DNA of 40,564 bases from Barthelona sp. PAP020 (lineage: Eukaryota). The notes beneath the pieces were generated by a model, which was given only the letters and a program-made list of their open reading frames with translations, was not told the origin of the DNA and did not search any database. Shown piece after piece: positions 18,196-29,000 of this stretch. Both the position numbers and the translations under genes were made by a program. The DNA lies in assembly GCA_040182905.1 (NCBI GenBank), contig JARQWU010000067.1:1-40564 (forward strand), given 5' to 3'. Within the stretch, counting starts at the first letter, position 1. Every line of letters begins with the position of its first letter.

Positions 18196-20376
18196 ATGTC
18201 GAATAGTGCAAATGAAACATTTCAACAGATGTTAAGAAAACTAAAAGATCAAAATGTTGTTTGGTATGAAAAGTTGGAAGCATTGAGATATTTGCAATCC
18301 GGAGCAGTGAAACCTGATGTTATCGAGATATTAAAGACACATCTAGATGTGGTTTTGAGTTCTTTAACATTATTATTGCAATCTGATCGATCTTCTGTTC
18401 TTCAATCTGTTTTATTAACTATGGGATCACTTTCTGACTTACTTAGAGATGACATTGAACCATATGTTTTTTCTTTAACACAAAGTCTTATTAACTTAAT
18501 TGAAAGTTCTAATAATGAAACAATTGTCAAATCTGCCATTTGCACTTTGACTCAATTACTTTGTGTGAGTTCAGTTGACCAAAAAGTATTGGATATTTTA
18601 TGTAACAAATTAGAAACTGAAAATATAAATATTTTTGAAGGTTTATGTAAGATATTGATAGCTACGTTGGAAAGAAAGGTTAATTTGGATTATATTGAGA
18701 TGAAATTGATTGACCTCAATATTTCGAATGAATCATTGAAGGGAAAACACATTAAAAAGGTATTTGACAAGCTTGAAAGTATTAAAAAACGTCGTAAGCA
18801 TTTGCAAAGTCCAAGTTCTCCTTTTTTGAATGCTTCTAAAATGGCCTCAAATTCCCCCACAAATCAAATAGACTCTTTATTAGTTAAATCTTCAAAATCT
18901 TCAAAATCCACAAAATCACCGAAATCACCGAAATCACCGTTAGTTCATGTTGTATCTACTGATATGACAACCTCAAATAAATCTTCGTCTTCTTTAAAGG
19001 AAGAAAAGCTTGATTTACAGGTTGTCTCCCCTGTTGTTGCGACTTCAATGTTGGAATTAGATCTTGAACCAAAAGAACCAAAAGAAAGCGATTCTGATGT
19101 TGATGTTAACATTTTTTCTTTAGATTCTGATGAGGCGTCACCACCTCGAGAGCTTAGAGAAGATTTAAATCTTGAAGTTGATTCATTATTGGTGAAAAGC
19201 GCAACCATGTCAAAAATGTCGTCAGCATCGGCATCACCAACTTTAAATTTGAAAGGACCTGATTTCCGTAATTCACCAGAAAAACCACGTTCAACCATTG
19301 AAGTGCTTGAATCAAGTTTAAAACAGAACAATCTGGTTGTTGAAAAGAAATTAAATTTTCACATCGAGGAATCATCCCCTTTACATTCGTCATTATCTCT
19401 TGATAATGCACAAGGAAAGAATTTGGATAAATTGGCATCATTCACTTCAAGAATTAACACAATCATTTCTCCAGTTAATGTTAATGAAAAGAGCTCACAT
19501 GGTGATTTAGATTTCTTTTCAGATTTGGGCCCTTCTCCAAATTCTGGTTTACTGTTTAGTGTTAGTACTCCTGATAGTACTTTGATTGAAAGTGATGATA
19601 CTTTGATTGAATTGAAAAGAAAATTGATGAAAGTTGAAGAAGATTTACGCAAAGAAAGAAAAGGAAATAAAAAATTAACTGACGTTTTATATGAGTATGA
19701 ACTTACTATTGTTGATATGGTTGATAAACAAAATGCAGAAGTTGCAAAACAAACACATGCTTTAATGGAGGAATTGAATGAAACACGTGCTTCAAATGTT
19801 GAATTACAGAACAAATTTAAACAATTACATTTCAGATATATGTCAACCAAAGAAATTGTTCAAACACTTCAAGATAATGAAAGAACATTGCAAAATTCTT
19901 TGTCTGACTTGCGTGAAAGATACAATAACTTGAGAACACAAGCAGAATCAAAATTGGTGAGTGCCAATGAATTAGTAAATGAGATGAAGGAAAGTGAAAG
20001 TAAATTTAAGCTTACTATCTCAGAATTGACTGAAAAGAATGCTGAAAAGGATGAACACATCAACAAACAAAAGAAAGAATTAGTTCTTTTGCAAAATAAG
20101 TTGAATGCAATGCAACAAAAAGAAAAAGAAATGAATGAAATAAAAGAAATGCAATCTGAAGCGCAAGTGATATTGGAAGAAAATAAAAAATTAAAAGTTG
20201 AATTATATGATTTAAAATATCAACAAGCTAAACATAATGATGAAGAGAATTCCTTGAAACAAAAGATTTCATCTTTGGAGGCTGAAAACAAGAGTATCAT
20301 GGATTTCTTAGAAAATACTGTTTCTAAAATGGAGGTGTTAAAGAGTGAGAATGATTTATTAAAAAGAAGAAAATAG
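18196..20376 (+). CDS. CLASP/TOG-like HEAT domain + Ser/Pro-rich linker + TACC-like coiled coil
   Basis: N-terminus: WYEKLEALRYL, LLQSDRSSVLQSVLLTMGSLSDLL. C-terminus: EYELTIVDMV, FKQLHFRY, NERTL, RYNNLRTQAESKLVSANE and ENKSIMDFLENTVSKME. Confidence 0.72.
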   Translation: MSNSANETFQQMLRKLKDQNVVWYEKLEALRYLQSGAVKPDVIEILKTHLDVVLSSLTLLLQSDRSSVLQSVLLTMGSLSDLLRDDIEPYVFSLTQSLINLIESSNNETIVKSAICTLTQLLCVSSVDQKVLDILCNKLETENINIFEGLCKILIATLERKVNLDYIEMKLIDLNISNESLKGKHIKKVFDKLESIKKRRKHLQSPSSPFLNASKMASNSPTNQIDSLLVKSSKSSKSTKSPKSPKSPLVHVVSTDMTTSNKSSSSLKEEKLDLQVVSPVVATSMLELDLEPKEPKESDSDVDVNIFSLDSDEASPPRELREDLNLEVDSLLVKSATMSKMSSASASPTLNLKGPDFRNSPEKPRSTIEVLESSLKQNNLVVEKKLNFHIEESSPLHSSLSLDNAQGKNLDKLASFTSRINTIISPVNVNEKSSHGDLDFFSDLGPSPNSGLLFSVSTPDSTLIESDDTLIELKRKLMKVEEDLRKERKGNKKLTDVLYEYELTIVDMVDKQNAEVAKQTHALMEELNETRASNVELQNKFKQLHFRYMSTKEIVQTLQDNERTLQNSLSDLRERYNNLRTQAESKLVSANELVNEMKESESKFKLTISELTEKNAEKDEHINKQKKELVLLQNKLNAMQQKEKEMNEIKEMQSEAQVILEENKKLKVELYDLKYQQAKHNDEENSLKQKISSLEAENKSIMDFLENTVSKMEVLKSENDLLKRRK
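18913..18939 (+). repeat. Perfect 9-nt coding tandem repeat (aaatcaccg)x3 encoding KSP x3
   Basis: Read directly. Preceded by degenerate KSS/KST units from about 18886. Confidence 0.95.
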
Positions 20377-20780
20377 TTGAACACTTTTGTCATCTTATAA
20401 TGGAAAGTCGTGTGTATAATTTATAAATAAATTAATTTTATTCTTTTTCATTAAAAAAATTATGATTGAACAATAAAAAATGTCTGAAAATACTTCAACA
20501 CTTATCAATATGAAATAATAAATCTCAATATGCCAATTAACTAAAATGATTAGAAAACCAAACATAAAACGAAGCATCAACAAATAAATATTAGGGTATT
20601 TTTGAATGAAATAAGTAGGAAAACAATTATTCCACTAGGTTAGGACCCTAAGTGTTTTTCCCCTTTCGAGGAAAAAAAAAGTGATTGTGGGTTTTTATCA
20701 AATTGAATTGAAACTTTCTCAAACTTTTTTTTTCCTCATATTTTTTTGAAAAAAATTAGATTTTCAATGTAATATATTGA

Positions 20781-22241
20781 ATGCAACTTAAATTGAATCA
20801 TATTTTGAAGGATGATGTTTTAAAACAAAATTTTGAAATTACGTTTCATTCTTTATCGAAATCTATTGGTATTTTTGGGCAGATTCCTAATAACATTCAT
20901 AAATACCTCAATGATCAATTCGGTTCTGACTTTGATGAAGGATTTTTGAATCAATTTTCTTTAAACGATTTTTTTGAACCGATTATTTTTGTATCCAACA
21001 GTATTTTATTTATTTTTATTGATACAGAATGTATTAAATGCCTTATTCCACAATTATCTGTTTTATTATTGTATTTGGTAACTGATGAATGTGTTTTATT
21101 TAGTCCTACAACATTAGATTTGGAATGTTTGAGTAGTTTATATGATCGAACTTCCAATATATTGAAGAATAATCTGAAAAAAAGTGTTCCTTCATGTTTG
21201 AAAATATTGGAGGGGAATCCATGGGTTGATTATCCTTGTGATATTGAATTTGATTGTAGTCCCTTTAATTATGTTAATTTTGATCATATCAATCGCGTTA
21301 ACCATGAAACCGAGTTAATTTTATTGATTCGAACTTTTAAATCTGAATTTATGAAACTGAAGAGTCTTTTTGAGGGAAATATGGGTTTAATTTCGAATAA
21401 AACAACGAAAAGAAGTCAAAATCAAAATTTTGTTAATAGATCCAATGTTTGCATTCCTTCAATTCCAACAACGAAAGCAATTGAAAAATTTCAAAAGGAT
21501 ATGAAAAGCCAAATTCAAAAAAGATGCTTCAAAACAAAATTTGACAAAATTTTTGATGAAACATTCAACAAAACTTTCTTTTATTATCCCAAAAATATAT
21601 TTGAAAAATTTTCAAAAGAATTATACGTGGAATTGATGAAACAAAATGATATTATTATTCCTCATTTGAAAGTTCCATTAGAGAACAAGAAAGGACGTTT
21701 AATTGGGTTTTCAAATGAGGATGATTGGATGGAAGTCGAAGATGATCACATAGATCGAGTCATTAAGAGAATTAGCTTCGTATACATGGAAAAGATCAAT
21801 CAAACAAGTGTTTTAAAACCTTACTCAGAAATGGGGTTTGTTGACATTTTTTCAAAAAGGAATGAAAATTTTAAGCTTGATAATTCACTTATTCTTATTA
21901 GATTTGTTTACAAAAATGATTTAGGTGCAATAGAAACCGATGAATTAAATTTTAAAGATGAAATTTTGAGCCAAAATCAAAAGAAAATTGTTGTAAACAA
22001 ACCCTTGTTTGATAAAAGTGGTTCTTTATGTACTATTGTTGTTCAATCAATGCTTGGATTTATTTTGTCTCCTTGTTTCTTTCAATCACATCCTCCCAAC
22101 AGATTTTTTTTTGAATGTCCAATTTCTTTCACTCCAAGATCTAACATTTGTGTTAAGTTTGATAAAATCAATGTTAAGTCATTTTCTGATAGTCTGAATA
22201 CAAAAATTCAATTGTTGTTACATTTACAAACTCAAAATTAA
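20781..22241 (+). CDS. Hypothetical protein, possibly a highly reduced SMG8 (NMD factor)
   Basis: 486-aa ORF with weak motif resemblance to SMG8 at LLLYLVTDECVLFSPTTLDL, IRFVYKNDLG and the C-terminal GSLCTIVV..FILSP..PISFTP..CVKF. The ORF is secure; the confidence value refers to the family call. Confidence 0.4.
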   Translation: MQLKLNHILKDDVLKQNFEITFHSLSKSIGIFGQIPNNIHKYLNDQFGSDFDEGFLNQFSLNDFFEPIIFVSNSILFIFIDTECIKCLIPQLSVLLLYLVTDECVLFSPTTLDLECLSSLYDRTSNILKNNLKKSVPSCLKILEGNPWVDYPCDIEFDCSPFNYVNFDHINRVNHETELILLIRTFKSEFMKLKSLFEGNMGLISNKTTKRSQNQNFVNRSNVCIPSIPTTKAIEKFQKDMKSQIQKRCFKTKFDKIFDETFNKTFFYYPKNIFEKFSKELYVELMKQNDIIIPHLKVPLENKKGRLIGFSNEDDWMEVEDDHIDRVIKRISFVYMEKINQTSVLKPYSEMGFVDIFSKRNENFKLDNSLILIRFVYKNDLGAIETDELNFKDEILSQNQKKIVVNKPLFDKSGSLCTIVVQSMLGFILSPCFFQSHPPNRFFFECPISFTPRSNICVKFDKINVKSFSDSLNTKIQLLLHLQTQN

Positions 22242-22500
22242 TTGAATAAAGTATAATAAAAATACTGTTTTTCATCAATGTTGTTTTTTTCTCAATGCAA
22301 TTAGTTGTTCAAATGGAAAATAATCGGTGCTACAGTTAAAAAGTATTCTTCTCAATTTGACCGATTTCTCAAGAATTTTCTTTTATGTTACATAAAGTGT
22401 TGGTTAACGGCTTAAATAATAAAATAACGGCCTTTTTTTTACTTTTTAAAATTACTGAACCAATATTTGATCCCATTCTTATTCATTTTGAACATAGATA

Positions 22501-22824
22501 ATGAACAACGAAGAGACCTATGTTAAGGCAAGTTTTCGTGTGACTGGCAGAGTGCAAGGGGTGTTCTTTAGAAAGCATACACAACAAATGGGAAGAAAAT
22601 TGAAAATCGGTGGTTTTATTCGAAATATGATGGATGGATCAGTTGAGGGAGAATATTGGGGTCCCAAATCATTGACTACTAAGTTTGTTGTGTGGTTGCA
22701 TCACCCTTATGATCAAATTCGAAGAGCCCGTGTAGATGATGTAAATATTTTTCAAAGAGAAGAACTTTCACAGGAAGAATGCGTTAATTTATATCCAGAA
22801 ATGGATTTTAAAATTCGCTATTGA
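22501..22824 (+). CDS. ACYP: Acylphosphatase
   Basis: Signature FRVTGRVQGVFFR and GFIRNMMDGSVEG, containing the catalytic Arg and Asn. Confidence 0.95.
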   Translation: MNNEETYVKASFRVTGRVQGVFFRKHTQQMGRKLKIGGFIRNMMDGSVEGEYWGPKSLTTKFVVWLHHPYDQIRRARVDDVNIFQREELSQEECVNLYPEMDFKIRY

Positions 22825-23070
22825 TAATTCTCTGTTATGTGTATTATGTTGTAAAATTATATGTTGTTTTTTATTGTTCTTTTATTTGCCAAATTTTGGA
22901 AAATTTTTGAGAATTAGAGAGCCAAAATTTGCTGGATTTCTGAAATTTGCCAAAAAAAGAGAACACCCAAAACAAATCAGTTTCAATTTTTTGGTCAAAA
23001 ATAAAAAAATATCTGCTTTACACAAAATAAGTCTTTTTCATTCAAATATATACGATATTTTTAGTCCAGT

Positions 23071-26000
23071 CTAATTATCTAATTGACACAAAAGAGCTAC
23101 TGACCTCAGTACCCAATGTGTAGGAGATTTAGCAGACGGTAACTCCACAGCAAGCACAAAGTTTGTTGAATGTCCGGTTGTAGATAATACACCGGCTCTT
23201 TCACTGGTTTTATACAAAGGACAAGAATAAAGACTTTCATCAGGAACATAATTTGCTTTGGGTTCAAAATGAATTATTGGCATTTCTCCATACAGTTGTT
23301 TTGGCAAAGGTTCATCAATAATTCCTGCATCTGCATTCCATCTTGCATCATCAATGAATAATCCAGCAACATATACACCATCTTCAGGGGCTTCGGTAAT
23401 TTCATCTGTTTTTTTATCCAAGAAATTAAATTTGAAGCTGAGTGAATCAATAGAAATAGCTAATTTTCTTGCATGAGTTTGTAAAATACCAGTGATAAAC
23501 CCATGAGTGAAAAAGAATCCACTCATCCAAAAAACGACAGGATTTCCTTTCTTTAGCCAAGTGTTAATCATCTCTAGTCTGGCTATGAGGTCATTAAACC
23601 AAGAACCTAAAGGTTTTAGGGAAGGATAAGTAACATTTTTCCAAAGTTCAGGGACTTGATTGTTGATCAAAGAGGTAAACATGCTTTCCAATTCTGAAGA
23701 CATTACAACAATACCATCAATAGCTTTCAACAATTCATCGCAAGTGTCATTAATAACTTCAATAACTTGATTGAAACGGATAATTTCTTGTTCAAGATGA
23801 GTGGTCAATGAAGGAACTAGACCCTTATCATTCTTCACAAATAGTTCTTTTAATCCATCTTCAACATTGATGAAAGGTGGCAAACGTTCAATGAAAGTAT
23901 TTGTCAAGGCAGTAACTGTATCTTCCGGAGTTACACCAGATGTTGCACCACTTAAACGTGGTTGAATTGAAAGAATCGTATCAATTGTTCGGTTCAGTTC
24001 TTGCAATTGGAAGCTTATAGCAGCATTATTATGCATTCTAAATGCTGTTGGAGTATCCGCCAAAGGTAAATCATCCACATATTTTTTAACATCTACCAAA
24101 GCAGGTTTTACTGGAATGTAATAAGTAGAATCTTCTGAGAAGCAATATCCATCATTTAATACTTCTTCATTATAGCAAACATTCAAAATATTGATAATCA
24201 ATCTTCTATCCCAGAAATCAGTGACTCGTCCACCATGATTAATTTCTGCAGTCAAATACCTGAGAGCTTTCCAAGGAATCTCATCATGTTGATTTAAGAA
24301 CATACGCAACTGATTCATGGAAATTTCAAAATCGGACGAATTAAACTCATAAAACTTGTTCCATCCCAAAGGACCATATTTTCGTCTTTCTTGAACAACT
24401 GCATGGAAGAATGCAAGACCAAACAATAATCTTCTCCAAACTTCAAACTTTTTGGGTTCAATATCATTATATTCATCATCTGTGATGTCATTATAGGTTC
24501 TTTGTAGATTAGCACGCAATCCTTTAGGAGGTTCATTTGTAATCTTGATACCATTTTGTAAGACAGAAACTGGGAAAAAAGTAGCAGGCATTGAAGACAA
24601 AAACAATCTGAATTCAGGATGAATGGTTTTGGTTTTCAATTCAAGCACTTTTCTTTGAAGGTCAGCCATCCATGTTTCAACCAAGTGACAATTTTGTAAC
24701 AATACCCAATCCCCATTTTCACAAGATTTATCAATAACAGCCTCTGCAATGGGTCCTTGTCCTTGACCAAGAGATCTAATGTGCAAATTATCTTTTTTGT
24801 TATGTTTAGCGGCAAATCTTTGCAATGCAACAGTTGGGTCAGCACCAACCGATAAAACAAATATAATAGGAATTTCAGGGGCTGAATCATTGAAAGCAGA
24901 ATCAAGATCAAATGATGTAGGTTTAATGAAGTGCTCACCAAGAACATCACGCACGTATACAGTAAGTTTAAGACTGAACTTGTCTTCACACAATAATTTA
25001 AACAATAATAATTGATTAAATGTGGATAATTTTTCTTCATTGAAAGGTGAAGGTAAACTTGATTCATAAGAATCCGAAGCTTCAATGAACTTCATCCACA
25101 CTTTTCCATTAGCCAACAAATGTTCACAAATACCAGAAAAACTGTCAATTTCTTTGTCTAAATAATTTAAAACAAACCAGTTCTTCTTTGAAATATATGA
25201 TGGTGCATTAATGTTAGGTTGTTCAGCAGTTGCTGGAGCTCCTCGCAAAAAGATACTCCATTCTGCAGGACTTATTTTTCCAACATTTCTATCAATGGCA
25301 CAAGCAATCAAAAATGCAAACAATATTTTGTGTTTTTCAAAAAGACCTTGACAAATGGATGTGAAAACCTGTTTTGTTAACAAATCAATCAAAGAAGACA
25401 AACGATTATTGATATCGTCAAATTTAGGACAATTGTCAATTACCCCATCAAAGAGTTTCATGAAAAACTCAAGAGAATATTGGTACATATTATCGATAAT
25501 GGGTAAATCATTTAATACAAAGAACAGAACTGATCCACGCAAAGCAACATTATCATATTGGGAACGTGCTTCAGCAATTGTTGCGGCAGTGCTTATCGCT
25601 TCCTCCATTCTCTTTGAAATAACCTCAGATGTTTCTTTGGACAAGTTAAGTGTATTAATCAAACCATCATCATCAAGTACATTTTGACTGTGACTTACCA
25701 AATCTAAAATTTGAGCTTCAATTTCTCTCAATTGCTTTTGATCTGCGGCCATGGTCAAAACAAGTTTATCGCGTTGTTCTTCAAGCTCAGGTTTTTCCTT
25801 TTTAACAACAAAACCCAACAATTGGTCTCTTAAACCAGTCATCGTTACAGTAAAATTAATTAAAGTCACTTTAATACAAACATCCGGAAGGTAATGAGGA
25901 TTTTGCAATTTGGTTGTCATATACAATCTGAAGTTTGGATCATAGGGAATGGCTGAATCTCCAAATTTCATCATCAATCTTCCATTGTCATCAAAAACTT

Positions 26001-29000
26001 GCCTCAATAAAATAGGACTCAATGAAGGATCAATTGCTTCTCCTACATCTTCAATTAAAACAGGAGTACCAATATTAATGGCCTGTTCAAGAATTTTAAG
26101 AATATCAGGGGTCATTTTAATCACACGTAAACCATTTTCTTTTTCTTTTTCTTTGATCCATCGATTTGCTTGTCCCTGTGGATCTATACATAGAGGCCAT
26201 TTTTGACCTTGAGAAACCATAATTGCATTTTCCGTAGACAATTGATCAGTTGGAAGTTGTTGAATTTGCCACTCACGAATTTGAACAGGATTAGACAATT
26301 GATCTTTTAAATAGAACTCTTCAGAACAAGGAACAGTGTGTTTAACTAATAAATCATTCCATTTTTTCAACATTTCATCTCGATACTCTGAAGTAAAAGG
26401 ACCCATATAAGCAACAAATGCACCAGATATTAACATGTCTCCTACGAGATTCTTTAACTGTTCTTGCAGTATTTCTGCAGATTTTTCCCATCTAACATAT
26501 TCATCAGCAAGTAAACCTGTTAGTTTCGTGGCACGATCAAATCTTTTCTGTGTGTCTTCAATTTTTGCCTGCAACCTTTCCTTTTCTGCAACTTGCTTTT
26601 CATATTGAGCCTTGAATGCAGCTAATTTGGCTTCAACTCTTTCCAATTCAGCTGTTTTTTCAGCCAATTGTTCTTGAGATTCAGCTAATTGTTGTTCATA
26701 CATGGCTAACCGTTCTCTTTTAGGTCCCACAATTTTATTAACTTTAGAATAAACATCCATAGCTCTAACCCACATGCACAATGATTTTGCAGCTTTTGAC
26801 TGCCTTTCAACAATATCTGGTTGAAATTCAGGATCATCAATGTATTTCTTTAATCTTCTTAAATAAAGTTCAGGAATGCTGTCCTTTTCATAGTTTTTCA
26901 ACTTATTGATCAATTGGGTATCAGATAAAATAGATGCCTGAGCAGCATTCCATTCAAGTTTGTTACCAACCAATAAAATTGCAACACTTTCAATAACAAG
27001 TTTAACTAATCCAGGAGGTTGTTTAAATGATTTAATTTCATACAAATCAGATGAAGAAAGAGCATCTAAAGCTTCAACAGCTTGATTTAATTGAGGTAAA
27101 GCTTCGGCAAGATCTGCGGCAGCATCTTGTTTTAAAACTTCTGCAGTGGCAGTTTGGTCAGCAACCTTTCTTTGATCATCTTCAACTTTCTTTTTGATTT
27201 CATCAACATCCTTCTGATCCTTAGCAAGTTTCATCAACAGTTCTTCTGTTTTTTTGGTATTTCTTTGTAATTCTGGTTGCAATGCTTGCAATTCTTCCTT
27301 CATTACAGCAACTTTTTCATTTGTTTCTCTCAATGTTCTCAGACCATTTAATAATACATCACGCTTTGTGGTAATTTCCTTCGAATTATCAGTGAAATAC
27401 TGTTTAAACAGTTTGATAAATTGTAAATAGAATGCTGGAGTAACATAGAATCTTCTTCTGTATAATTTGTAGAATTCTTCTGATTTCTCCAACATGTCAG
27501 TGTGAATTTGAACACAAATTGAAGATAGCGATTCTTTGAATGCTTCTTCTTCTTCCAATTCCATCTTCAAATTGAAATCAAACTCTGCAAATTGAGCTCT
27601 GGCTACAGTCAAAAGAGCTTCCTTTGGCCATGTATCGAACCAATCGATGGTACAACAATTTATCAAAGAAGGGAATTGTCTGCATCTTGATCTAAATGAG
27701 GTTCCAATTGGTGACATTGTTAAAACAGCATGCAAATTAGAACGGACATTTTGAATGAAGAAATTATACATTGAATCAGCTGTCTCAGCAACACCTAAAC
27801 GTTTACATATAGGTTTCAAATGAACAAACAAATCTTCAAGAGCTTCACCTTCAAACAAGCCAGGGACTTCACCAGAATTGAGAATATTGTTCACATCCTC
27901 AAGGAAAGCATCATCTGTAATTTGTGTATCACTCAATAAGAAAACACATGGTTTCATATTCAACCCAGCAATACGATACAGTGATCTTAAATCTTCCCTA
28001 AATTCGTTTAGTCCATAGTTCTTTTTCAACTCAACTTCAAAGCACTCAAATCCATTGGCAAAGCAAGCAAGCCTTGTTAAAGATTGTTTTCCAGATCCAC
28101 CAACACCAACAAGTAAAGCGTTACCTCTAGGTTGTCTTAAAATACGACTGATACGCATAAAATGCTCAACTGCGTCTTTGAAAAATACCAAATCCATTCC
28201 AGAAGTTGAATGGTAATTGTAATCATCCAAAATAGTGATCAATCTGTTGGTGACTGTTTCTAAAGAAGGAACGGATCTATAAGGACGTTCTTCTTCATCA
28301 ACATCAGTCATTATATCTCCAAAGAGAATTGGGTCCACATTATTTTCATTGGTGTCAAACACTTCCTCAAAATTCCAAAAAATGGATGAATACTTCCTTA
28401 AAAGAGATAATAGTTGTTCTTTAAACCATGTTCTATCACTATCAATTACCAAACGATCATGGAATTGCCTCAATGATTCATGAATCCATAATTTTGCAAA
28501 ATCTTCTCTTGTTTTCATGTCTAATTTAAATGCATTCAATAACCCTTGAATAACTTTGGATAAATCACGAATATTAAATGTGTAATGAGATTTGGAAGGT
28601 GTAGGACGGAGATTTAAGGATACTGAACGGTATAATTCAATTGTACAATTAATTAACTCATCCACAACACTCAAAACATTTTTATTGAATTCATGAGCAG
28701 CAAAATGGCCATTTGCAATATTTGAAAATATTTTAAACAACGATTTGTCTGAAGGTTCAGGAAGAGACAAAACAGTGAAATGTCTCAATAAACGTCCAGT
28801 AGTTGAACTGCGACCACCACCAGGAGGGGCACAAGCAGTAACATATCTCATATTTTCCAAACTTACCCAACCTCCCTTAGAACGGTCATAAATACCATTA
28901 TAAACAACTAATTGACGCAAAAGCTCAATAGGGGGTTGTGCACCATACACTTCTTTTCTGGGCATGTTTAATTCATCAACAAACACAACACAAGATAAAG

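Noticed and set aside
20395..20583. Hydrophobic 62-aa minus-strand ORF
   Set aside because: The F/I/L richness is what AT-rich non-coding DNA gives, and there is no recognisable motif.
22322..22366. Inverted repeat aatcggt...accgatt as a possible small RNA
   Set aside because: Only 7 bp, with no snRNA, snoRNA or tRNA motifs.
22874..23070. Repeated gccaaa(a)ttt-like motifs and a 66-aa TTG ORF between convergent genes
   Set aside because: No ATG, terminal inverted repeats or target-site duplication; a mobile element cannot be supported from one copy.
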